From: Candidatus Wildermuthbacteria bacterium
Lineage (GTDB): Bacteria > Patescibacteriota > Minisyncoccia > Minisyncoccales > UBA10102
DNA length: 64,000 nt
Direction of reading: 5' to 3'
Assembly: GCA_016186115.1 (NCBI GenBank)
Contig: JACPMK010000003.1
Span: 154,470-218,469 of the forward strand
Every line of letters begins with the position of its first letter. The stretch's first letter is position 1. The notes below the pieces were generated by a model. The model was not told where the DNA came from. It worked only from the letters and a program-made list of their open reading frames with translations, and made no database searches. The position numbers were made by a program, and so were the translations under genes. This document shows, in pieces, positions 9,836 through 18,462 of the stretch.

Positions 9836-11073
9836 AAACAGCATTGCTGATTTCATATTTTTTCCCACCAATTCAAAATCCGGAAAGTGTTATGTCTCTG
9901 CATCTTGCAAAATATTTATCACGATTGGGCTGGAAAATAATAATTCTTTGCGTTGATAAACCCGGGCGGGGAGGAATGGATTTTTCGCTCGATTCCGAGA
10001 TCCCAAGCAATGCGGTTGTCTATCGAACATCGGGCTTCGAGAATTTCATTACGCGCATTCTATTTTATTTTTGGATCTTGCCCGATAGTAAAATCGGCTG
10101 GTATTTTTCCGGGTTGAAAAAAGCACGGCAGATTATCCAAGAGCATCGCGTGGATATCATTATTTCCCGCTCTACCCCAATAGCTTCTCATTTGATTGCC
10201 CTTCGACTTAAGCGCACATCACAACTTCCTTGGATTGCTTGTTTTTCAGACCCATGGGTGTTGAATCCCTATACGGCTTACCCCTGCGCATTGTTTCGAA
10301 AGCCCCAAGAGTATCTGGAAAAAACCGTTCTTTTCAATGCGGAGAGAATCATTGTCACCAATGAGCAAACAAAGCAATTATTTTTAGAAAATTATCCCTT
10401 GGGGGAAAAAATAAGAGTGATTTCAAATTCGTATGATCCCGAAGTTATCCCAAGACAAGGGAGCGCGCCAAAGAATAAAAATCTTGTGATTACCCATACG
10501 GGAAATTTTTATGGCAAGAGATCGCCAGAGCCGTTTTTCAAAGCATTGGCAGCGGTAATCTTGAAGCAAGAGTTTCGGAATACAATTAGTGTTCAGCTAT
10601 TTGGATCAATTGGTCCTTTCCAAAATCTTATTTCGCAGTATCACCTTAATGAAACTGTTCATATACGTAATGCTGTTTCACGAAGAGAGGCGTTACGTCA
10701 TCTTGGAGATTCGGATATACTTTTACTTATTGATGCCGTGCATAAGGGAGAAAGTCCATTTTTACCGTCTAAATTAATGGATTACATTGGTATTGGGAAA
10801 CCTATTTTAGCCATTACTCCAAAGGGAGCAAGCATGGACGTTATGAAAATTACCAAAACAGGAGTTGCTGTGTTGCCTGACGATAGAGAAGGGATTCAAA
10901 AAGCAATTATGCAGTATGTGACATCGTGGCAACAAGGGCAACTGCAAGGAGAGCCGGACTGGAGTGAAATTCAGAAATACAGTGCGCCAATCCTGGCGCA
11001 AAGATTTTCTGAATATATGCAGGAAGTAATAGATCAATCAGGATCATTCTCGACGACCCATGCGAAAATTTGA
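9832..11073 (+). CDS. GT4-family glycosyltransferase
   Basis: The ATG at 9832 forms an ATGA overlap with the wecB stop. GT-B fold length, with the C-terminal PSKLMDYIGIGKPILA region. Confidence 0.6.
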   Translation: MKTALLISYFFPPIQNPESVMSLHLAKYLSRLGWKIIILCVDKPGRGGMDFSLDSEIPSNAVVYRTSGFENFITRILFYFWILPDSKIGWYFSGLKKARQIIQEHRVDIIISRSTPIASHLIALRLKRTSQLPWIACFSDPWVLNPYTAYPCALFRKPQEYLEKTVLFNAERIIVTNEQTKQLFLENYPLGEKIRVISNSYDPEVIPRQGSAPKNKNLVITHTGNFYGKRSPEPFFKALAAVILKQEFRNTISVQLFGSIGPFQNLISQYHLNETVHIRNAVSRREALRHLGDSDILLLIDAVHKGESPFLPSKLMDYIGIGKPILAITPKGASMDVMKITKTGVAVLPDDREGIQKAIMQYVTSWQQGQLQGEPDWSEIQKYSAPILAQRFSEYMQEVIDQSGSFSTTHAKI

Positions 11074-11917
11074 GGCACATCTAGCTGCTTTATTTTGCCC
11101 CCATCTTTATACGAGATGGCTGTATCGTCATAACAAAGGAAAACAGGATTGGGGCGACAAGAAAGCATGCCTTACTCTTTCTTTTGACTGCGATTATGTG
11201 GAAGATATATACGCCTTGCCAAAGGTTCTTGATCTTCTTCGTGCTCACTCATTCAAGGCATCCTTTGCCTGCGTTGGGAAACTGATTGAGCAATATCCTT
11301 CTGAACATAAAAGTATTATTGCAGAGGGTCACGAAATAGTAAATCATACCTATACCCATCCGAATCATGAAAAGCTCAACCCTAGCCATACATTTAACGA
11401 GCTTACTTTTGAGCAACAGCAGGAAGAAATTGCCAAGTGTCACAAGGTTTGTGAGAATGTGTTGAATTACTCGCCGATCGGGTTTCGCACACCTCATTTT
11501 GGAATGTTGCATACCAAGAGAGTATATCAAATCTTAAAGGAAGCGGGATATGCATATTCTTCGTCCTTGGCTTTGATTCAGAGTTCAACATATGGCATGC
11601 CCTTTTTTGAACAGGGAATACGAGAAATCCCGGTCAGCATTTGCCCAAAGCATCCATTTAGCGTGTTCGATACTTGGCATTCCTTCGCCCGTGGAAGAGG
11701 CAGGCATGAGGGTAAGAACGACTGGGTTCGTACTTTTTGCGAACTGGTTGAGCTTGGTGTCCAGACCAATTCTTACCTTAATGTATATTTTGATCCACAG
11801 GATGTAGCAAGCCGGAAAGAATTTCAGACAATACTTGAGTATCTTGAAGAGAAAAGAGATACTATTACAGTAACTCCTTACGAGAAACTTCATCGAGAGA
11901 TTTATGCAACAGCATGA
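11060..11917 (+). CDS. Polysaccharide deacetylase (CE4/NodB homology domain)
   Basis: FDCDY...GHEIVNHTYTHPN...RTPHF motifs of the NodB domain. Confidence 0.75.
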   Translation: MRKFEAHLAALFCPHLYTRWLYRHNKGKQDWGDKKACLTLSFDCDYVEDIYALPKVLDLLRAHSFKASFACVGKLIEQYPSEHKSIIAEGHEIVNHTYTHPNHEKLNPSHTFNELTFEQQQEEIAKCHKVCENVLNYSPIGFRTPHFGMLHTKRVYQILKEAGYAYSSSLALIQSSTYGMPFFEQGIREIPVSICPKHPFSVFDTWHSFARGRGRHEGKNDWVRTFCELVELGVQTNSYLNVYFDPQDVASRKEFQTILEYLEEKRDTITVTPYEKLHREIYATA

Positions 11918-12584
11918 CATTGAACAAGCTATTGCGGAAAGGTTTGACGCATTGGCCGACCGATTTCCGGAAGAGTTGGATCCTGAAGATTTTCGTATGC
12001 GCGTAGTAGCAGATTTTTTTGGAGAGATCAAGGGCGCGAAGGTATTGGATGTGGGATGTGCGAAAGGGAGGTTTGCCAAAGCGCTTGCAAAACTGGATGC
12101 GAAAGTGGTTGGAGTGGATTCTTCGGAGAAATTAATCGAGAGTGCACGGGTGAATGTTCCAATCGCTGAATTTTTTGTAGGTTCTGCGACACATCTCGAT
12201 TTTCAAAACAATGCCTTCGATCGTGTCTTATGTGTTGAGACTTTAGAGCATATCCCAGATATTGAAAAAGCAATTGCAGAAATGATGCGCGTTGTAAAAT
12301 CGGGAGGCAAAGTACTTATCATTGATAAAAATAAATTTTCTTTTCATCCTACCATTTTCATTCCCCGCCTCGCGTTGAAAACCCTGATGGAGTATTGTAA
12401 TCAGTGGTTTTATCCAAGAAATTTCCCATTTCACGAGCAGTGGTTTTCAAATCACACGATCGAACAGATGCTTGAAAAATATGCCTCGCGCGTGGAAAGT
12501 TCATACCTAAAAGACACAGAGAATAAGCTCTTTTCTTTTCTCCCCTTTCTTAATTTTTTTATTGCATGGAAAGCGATCAAATAA
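11904..12584 (+). CDS. Class I SAM-dependent methyltransferase
   Basis: VLDVGCAKGRFA (motif I), and FDRVLCVETLEHIPD. Confidence 0.75.
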   Translation: MQQHDIEQAIAERFDALADRFPEELDPEDFRMRVVADFFGEIKGAKVLDVGCAKGRFAKALAKLDAKVVGVDSSEKLIESARVNVPIAEFFVGSATHLDFQNNAFDRVLCVETLEHIPDIEKAIAEMMRVVKSGGKVLIIDKNKFSFHPTIFIPRLALKTLMEYCNQWFYPRNFPFHEQWFSNHTIEQMLEKYASRVESSYLKDTENKLFSFLPFLNFFIAWKAIK

Positions 12585-13297
12585 TGAAAAATCCGCCACC
12601 TTCTTTGTGGAATGATGTATATCATAGGTATAGCGGCTTTGATTTGGTGAATGAGTATATTTATTCTAAACTCAAGAATATTTTAGATCAGTATATCAAA
12701 AGCAAAGATCGCATTCTCGAGGCTGGCTGCGGATCCGGATATATGGTTGCGCATTTTCAGCAAAAGGGGCATCTATCTGTAGGATTGGATTTGTATGAAG
12801 AACCTCTCCGTGTGGCGCGAGAGGTTTTTGGGGTGCAACATACCGTCCGAGGAAATATTTTTCGCATGCCATTTGAAGATTCTTCTTTTGATATTGTTTG
12901 GAATGAAGGTGTGTTGGAACATTTTTCGATTCAGCAATCAATTGAAGCGGCCAAAGAGATGAAGAGGGTTGCCAAAAGATATGTTATTATTGACGTACCC
13001 AATCGATATAATCTTTTCGTTGTCAAGAAACACCTTATGCGTTTTTTGGGGAAATGGCCGTATGGCTACGAAGAGTCATATTCGAGAAAACGTCTGCGAT
13101 ATCTCATGGAGCAGGCAGGATTGGAGGTGATGGGGATGCATGGGATCTATATTGCTCCTCCTCTCGTTCCTTTACTGCCTCAAAGAGTGCGTTCTTTTTT
13201 TCTTCAAAAAATTTCTTTTATTGAAGATCGCTATCCCGGATTCACCCGGTTATTTGGTTTTCACTTGCTGATGATTGGTAAGACCAATAAAGAATAA
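12584..13297 (+). CDS. Class I SAM-dependent methyltransferase
   Basis: ILEAGCGSGYMVA motif I. The ATG at 12584 overlaps the upstream TAA by 1 nt; the alternative ATG is at 12566. Confidence 0.7.
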   Translation: MKNPPPSLWNDVYHRYSGFDLVNEYIYSKLKNILDQYIKSKDRILEAGCGSGYMVAHFQQKGHLSVGLDLYEEPLRVAREVFGVQHTVRGNIFRMPFEDSSFDIVWNEGVLEHFSIQQSIEAAKEMKRVAKRYVIIDVPNRYNLFVVKKHLMRFLGKWPYGYEESYSRKRLRYLMEQAGLEVMGMHGIYIAPPLVPLLPQRVRSFFLQKISFIEDRYPGFTRLFGFHLLMIGKTNKE

Positions 13298-13317
13298 AGA
13301 CAACTCTATTTTGGACA

Positions 13318-14280
13318 ATGGATACAAAGAGTAAACATTTCCTGTCGATCGTGTACTTTGGGGGTGGTTGGCCTACCAATATTGGTAATGCTTTTATTGA
13401 TCTCGGATCGATGCATTCTTTACGATCAGCATGCCCAAGTGTTACCGTACATTTTGCAAGCGAAATGCCCAAATGGTTTTTTCATATGCAAGGAAGAGAT
13501 GTGCGGTATACATTTGATATTGCAAGCGTTACAAATGCTGACTACATTGTTGTCTCTGGGATGGTCTGTTGCGATGAGTTTATCCAACTGCACGGGCAAA
13601 CGATTTCTGCTGCAGTCGAGCGCGGTACCCGTTTGGTTATTAATGGGGCAGGAGGAGCAGAGTATACCAAGAGAGAAATACAAAATTTCAGGAATTTTTT
13701 GAAGAAAAATCGTCCCTACGCTTTTATTTCTCGCGACACACGTTCTTTTGAGAACTATTGTGATCTCGCGGAGCATGCCTATAACGGCATTGACTGCGGA
13801 TTTTTTGTTTCAGATTATTTCTCGCCCGCAAAACTCAATTTACCCAAGTATGTGATTTTCAATTTTGACGCAACGAATATCCAGAAGTTTGTACGCGTTA
13901 TTCGGAAACGTTCTCTTCTCCAGTCGTCTCCTCGTCTTCCAAATGTTAAGGATAGAATGATTGTGAGAACTCATCATTCATGCTGGAAAATCCCGTATTC
14001 TCATTTTCGGGACCCCGATACATTTATTTCTGACATTCCGGAAGATTACCTTAACTTATACGCGAATACCCAAGCCACCTATTCTGATCGTGTTCATGCG
14101 TGCGTGGCAACGCTGGCATTCGGCAAGCCGGCAATGCTTTTTTCTTCGACGTCGCGGGGGTCTTTGTTTGAAAAAATAAACGCCTCTCACATTCATGAGG
14201 AGCTTGTCTATCCCAACGAAGAGATCATAAAAGAGGAAAAGGCAAAGCAACTCGAGTTCCTGGCAGATATATTGCGTTAA
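13318..14280 (+). CDS. Polysaccharide pyruvyl transferase-like protein
   Basis: The C-terminal YSDRVHACVATLAFGKPAMLF pattern and the N-terminal NIGNAFIDLG resemble the PS_pyruv_trans (CsaB/WcaK) family. Confidence 0.5.
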   Translation: MDTKSKHFLSIVYFGGGWPTNIGNAFIDLGSMHSLRSACPSVTVHFASEMPKWFFHMQGRDVRYTFDIASVTNADYIVVSGMVCCDEFIQLHGQTISAAVERGTRLVINGAGGAEYTKREIQNFRNFLKKNRPYAFISRDTRSFENYCDLAEHAYNGIDCGFFVSDYFSPAKLNLPKYVIFNFDATNIQKFVRVIRKRSLLQSSPRLPNVKDRMIVRTHHSCWKIPYSHFRDPDTFISDIPEDYLNLYANTQATYSDRVHACVATLAFGKPAMLFSSTSRGSLFEKINASHIHEELVYPNEEIIKEEKAKQLEFLADILR

Positions 14281-14311
14281 TGTACGATTTTTTATAGCTT
14301 CAACAAACTCC

Positions 14312-15457
14312 ATGGCTTTAAAAATTCGAGTTACTTTTTTTCTTTCTACGCTTGAATTTGGGGGAGCAGAACGGATTACCATAAATCTTATTCAGAATCT
14401 TCATCCAGATTTTTTTGATATTGTACTGCTTGTGAAAAAACGCACGGGAGATTTTCAAAAGGAAATTCCTTCCTATGCAAAAATATTAGATTTGCATTCT
14501 GCAAATCCCTGTATCGTATTTTGGAAATTGGTGAGATATTTTCGTAGCCAACAGCCAGATATTTTTATTTCTCATTTTACCTATACCAATCTTCTTGCAA
14601 CCGGGGCCAAGATTTGTGCCCAAGCGAAAACAAAACTCATTCTTACCGAACATACGCCTTTTTCTCAAACCGTCGTTGATGCAAGATCATTGTTCAGAAA
14701 GATTCTTGCCCGATGGGTTACGCCCTCCATTATGAAAATGCTCTACCCCAAAGCTGATATGGTGGTATGTGTTTCGCAAGGAGTTGCTCAAGATCTCAAA
14801 AGATTGCTTGCGCCGAAGGCCTGCTCTCAACAAGTGATCTATAGCCCGATTGTCGGCAATTCCATATTGCAGTTTGCACAAGAAGAAGTGAGCCATCCTT
14901 GGTTTCAAGATGTGAAGAGTATCCCCATTGTTTTAAGCGTTGGTCGGATGATTAGAGCAAAAGATTACCCTACTTTACTAAAGGCCTTTCAGATGCTACG
15001 AAAGAAGAGAAGCGTTAGGCTTATTTTGATTGGAGAAGGCCCTGAAAGAAAGAAATTAGAACATCTCGCGAGGGAGTTGGACATTTCCAAGGATACCGCT
15101 TTTGCCGGCTTTCAGCGGAATCCCTATGCATATATGAAGAGATCCACCCTTTTTGTTCTGTCTTCGATACGCGAGGGGTTTCCCACGGCGTTAGTGGAGG
15201 CAATGGCTTGCGGGGTGCCGGTGGTATCGACCGATTGCAATACTGGGCCAAGAGAAATCATTCGACACGGGGAGAATGGATTTTTGGTAAGCGTGAAAGA
15301 TGCTCAAGGGCTTGCCGGGGCATTAGAAATCCTTTTGAACAGTACCTCATTGCAATCGCAGTTCTCCATTCGAGGGAGAGAGCGTGCACAGGATTTTTCC
15401 ATCGAAAAAAGCATGAAGAGTTATGAATATCTTTTTCAAAAATTAGTACAAAGTTGA
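14312..15457 (+). CDS. GT4-family glycosyltransferase
   Basis: GGAERITINL... and REGFPTALVEAMACGVPVVSTD (EX7E region). Confidence 0.8.
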   Translation: MALKIRVTFFLSTLEFGGAERITINLIQNLHPDFFDIVLLVKKRTGDFQKEIPSYAKILDLHSANPCIVFWKLVRYFRSQQPDIFISHFTYTNLLATGAKICAQAKTKLILTEHTPFSQTVVDARSLFRKILARWVTPSIMKMLYPKADMVVCVSQGVAQDLKRLLAPKACSQQVIYSPIVGNSILQFAQEEVSHPWFQDVKSIPIVLSVGRMIRAKDYPTLLKAFQMLRKKRSVRLILIGEGPERKKLEHLARELDISKDTAFAGFQRNPYAYMKRSTLFVLSSIREGFPTALVEAMACGVPVVSTDCNTGPREIIRHGENGFLVSVKDAQGLAGALEILLNSTSLQSQFSIRGRERAQDFSIEKSMKSYEYLFQKLVQS

Positions 15458-15458
15458 T

Positions 15459-16796
15459 ATGATGGGGGCGAATTTTCCATTGCGAAAAATAATGATTTTG
15501 GCAGTAGGCGGAGTATTCATAGGGGGGATTGGGATCTTGGTTGCTTTTGATCCGGGGTTGGCGATAAGCACGATATTGCTTGCTTTGTTTGCTGCTGGGA
15601 GTCCCTTGATTGCCCGCTTGCTCGGAATACGATTCCATAAGCTTGTTTTCCAACTGTTTCTTTTTACACTTCTTTTCCATTTTGCAATTGCTGCGTTTTT
15701 GTACTACACCCAGTTCACTCCTTTTGGAGGAGTAGGGGATTATATTTTGTACCATGAGGTGGCAACGCAGGCAGCAGAGCGAATGCGCGAAGGGAATTTT
15801 TCGATGCAGGGTCTTGATACCTCCCATTACTACCCTTTTGTGATCGGGGCAGTGTATGCTTTGACTATTCCAGCTGAAATGATAGGCAACACCGTGAGCG
15901 TAGGACTGGCTGCCATTACCGCGTTGCTTATATACGCTGTTGTGTTAAAGATGGGTGGAAAAGAAAAAATGGCTTTCTGGATAAGCATCTTCACCACAAG
16001 TTTTTATCCAAGTTATGTGTATTACGGAAGTTTGTTGCTGAAAGATACGCTGGTGATCCCACTCGTACTTCTTGGAGTTCTACTGATGATGAATTTGATG
16101 GAACGTTTTTCTGTGAAAGGATTTATTGGATTTTGTTTGATCCTTATCGCTTTATTCCCCTTAAGAATTTATGTGGGTTTTGCAATGCTGTTCACCTTTA
16201 TAATCTCATGGGTATTGTTTTCAAAAGTTCACTTGATCAAAAAAATTATTTTGGGCGCAGGTGTCTTATACCTTGTACTTTTTATTCCTTCGTTCTCCGG
16301 GCATACCTTTGGAGGATTTGATGTGTTGCAGACCTACATGAGTGAATCGTGGGTGTCTTACTATCGTCAAGACGCCTATGTTGGGTCTGGTTCCACGGTA
16401 GAAGCTGCGGATATATTCGGTGGCCCTAGTCAATTTATTCGGGGTCTTCTCGGCTCATTTATGGTTGTACTGTTGGGGCCTCTTCCTTGGCAGGTTACGG
16501 CATGGAGACAGATGTTGGGCTTAGGAGAAGTTTTGTTATGGTATTTCGCTCTGCCATTTATTGCGTTGGCATTTTTCACCCCGCTCCTGAAAAAGAGAAT
16601 GGTATTCATTCTTGTGATATTTAGCATTCTTTTGTTTGGCGTTTTAAGCGTATATGTTTCTAACATGGGTATTATCACAAGGATTAGAATGCCCGCCTTT
16701 ATTTTGCTTTTTTCGCTTTTACCGTTTGGACTGTATCTGGTGCATCAAAAAATTTTTGGCTCCCGTTATTTCCCAATTGAACCCACAGTCCATTAA
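15459..16796 (+). CDS. Polytopic membrane protein, Wzy polymerase / O-antigen-ligase-like or GT-C-like (function unresolved)
   Basis: 445 aa with more than 10 TM segments, embedded among GT genes. No diagnostic motif was recognised. Confidence 0.4.
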   Translation: MMGANFPLRKIMILAVGGVFIGGIGILVAFDPGLAISTILLALFAAGSPLIARLLGIRFHKLVFQLFLFTLLFHFAIAAFLYYTQFTPFGGVGDYILYHEVATQAAERMREGNFSMQGLDTSHYYPFVIGAVYALTIPAEMIGNTVSVGLAAITALLIYAVVLKMGGKEKMAFWISIFTTSFYPSYVYYGSLLLKDTLVIPLVLLGVLLMMNLMERFSVKGFIGFCLILIALFPLRIYVGFAMLFTFIISWVLFSKVHLIKKIILGAGVLYLVLFIPSFSGHTFGGFDVLQTYMSESWVSYYRQDAYVGSGSTVEAADIFGGPSQFIRGLLGSFMVVLLGPLPWQVTAWRQMLGLGEVLLWYFALPFIALAFFTPLLKKRMVFILVIFSILLFGVLSVYVSNMGIITRIRMPAFILLFSLLPFGLYLVHQKIFGSRYFPIEPTVH

Positions 16797-16810
16797 ATGC
16801 ATATTGCTTT

Positions 16811-17527
16811 ATGAAAAACCTTTACGATTTTTATTTCCAGTCCCATTTTCAGCGCTTGAATAATTTATCAGAGCAGGGCTACGATCGTTCTGCCCGTTAT
16901 TATCGGTCGTATTATGAGAATCTTTTGCCTCGAGATAAGCAAAGCGCAATTCTTGATGCAGGATGTGGGCTTGGTCAGTTCATTCATTTTTTGCAGAAAG
17001 AGGGGTATACAAATTACTATGGGATTGACCTTGCTTCAGATCATGTTGCGATTTGCAAGCGCCGGGGGTATCCAGTTGAGATTGCGGATATTTTTGAGTT
17101 TTTGCAAAATAAAAAACAAACTTTTGATCTCGTCGCCGCAAACGATGTACTGGAGCACATTCCGAAAACAAGAACAATGGAATTTCTCGCGGTTATTTTC
17201 CATGCGCTCAAGGATAACGGAACCATTCTTTTGAAGGTGCCGAATATGTCGAATCCCTTTGGGCTGATGGATCGCTATCAGGACTTTACTCACGAAGTAG
17301 GGTTTACAGAATTTAGCTTATCTGAAGTATTGGCAATGGCGGGGTTCAAGGATATTCAGATAAAGGGAGCGGCTTATCCGGTCATATCACTGCAGTCCGC
17401 GATTGGAAAGATAGCTGAACAAAGTTTGTATGCTATGTTGCGATTTCTGTTCCATATGCAAGGTCATGCAGTTCCTCGTATTATGGACAAGGATCTTATT
17501 GGGAAAGCAATAAAAAAACAACTATGA
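16811..17527 (+). CDS. Class I SAM-dependent methyltransferase
   Basis: ILDAGCGLGQFIHFL motif I, and FDLVAANDVLEHIP. Confidence 0.75.
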   Translation: MKNLYDFYFQSHFQRLNNLSEQGYDRSARYYRSYYENLLPRDKQSAILDAGCGLGQFIHFLQKEGYTNYYGIDLASDHVAICKRRGYPVEIADIFEFLQNKKQTFDLVAANDVLEHIPKTRTMEFLAVIFHALKDNGTILLKVPNMSNPFGLMDRYQDFTHEVGFTEFSLSEVLAMAGFKDIQIKGAAYPVISLQSAIGKIAEQSLYAMLRFLFHMQGHAVPRIMDKDLIGKAIKKQL

Positions 17528-18462
17528 AGTATCTTGTGACGGGCGGCGCCGGTTTCATTGGCTCGCATATTGTGCAAAAAATTCTGGAGTCGGGGGATTT
17601 TGTAAGAGTAGTTGATAATTTTTCTACTGGCAAAACAGAAAATATCAAAGAATTTTTGGGAAATGAAAAATTTGATCTCATGGAAGGCGATCTCACGGAT
17701 TTTGCGATTGCAAAAAAAGCGGTGGAGGAAATAGATATTGTTTTGCATCAAGCGGCAATTCCCTCGGTGCCCCGTTCCATTGCAGATCCCATTCGATCTA
17801 CCAATGCGAACGTGATGGGAACGTTGCATATCTTGCTTGCAGCGCGCGATGCCGGAGTGAAACGGGTGGTGTACGCCTCTTCTTCTTCGATTTATGGCGA
17901 CAATCCTGCGCTTCCGAAAAGGGAAGATTTTCCGGTGCGTCCTATTTCTCCCTACGCCTTAACAAAATACGTGGGGGAGAGGTACGCCCAGATTTTTTGG
18001 AGCATCTATCAATTACCCACGCTATGTCTTAGATATTTTAATGTTTTTGGGCCAAAGCAAGATCCCCAGAGCCAATACGCTCCAGTCATGCCAAAATTTA
18101 TTACTGCATTGCTTAACGGAGAGCAGCCGCACATTTTTGGCGACGGAAGTCAATCAAGGGACTTCACCTATGTTGATAATGTGGTGCAGGCAAACTTGCT
18201 TGCAGCAAAAGCAGATAGCGGGTTTGGAGAAGTGTTCAACGTTGCCTGCGGCAAGGAAACAACGTTGAATGCCGTTGTCCAGATGATGTCTCGTATGATC
18301 GGCAGCAATGGTATGCCTGCGTATGAGCCAGCGCGGATAGGAGATGTGCCTCATTCTCTCGCAGACATCTCAAAAGCCAAGCAGATTCTGGGATATTCTC
18401 CTCATGTAGATATCGAAGAAGGCATCCGTCGTACTATTGAATGGTTTAAAGCACATGCCTAG
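17524..18462 (+). CDS. Extended SDR NAD-dependent sugar-nucleotide epimerase (WbpP/UDP-hexose 4-epimerase-like)
   Basis: VTGGAGFIGSH Rossmann motif, a YALTK catalytic YxxxK, and an ATGA overlap with the upstream gene. Confidence 0.8.
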   Translation: MKYLVTGGAGFIGSHIVQKILESGDFVRVVDNFSTGKTENIKEFLGNEKFDLMEGDLTDFAIAKKAVEEIDIVLHQAAIPSVPRSIADPIRSTNANVMGTLHILLAARDAGVKRVVYASSSSIYGDNPALPKREDFPVRPISPYALTKYVGERYAQIFWSIYQLPTLCLRYFNVFGPKQDPQSQYAPVMPKFITALLNGEQPHIFGDGSQSRDFTYVDNVVQANLLAAKADSGFGEVFNVACGKETTLNAVVQMMSRMIGSNGMPAYEPARIGDVPHSLADISKAKQILGYSPHVDIEEGIRRTIEWFKAHA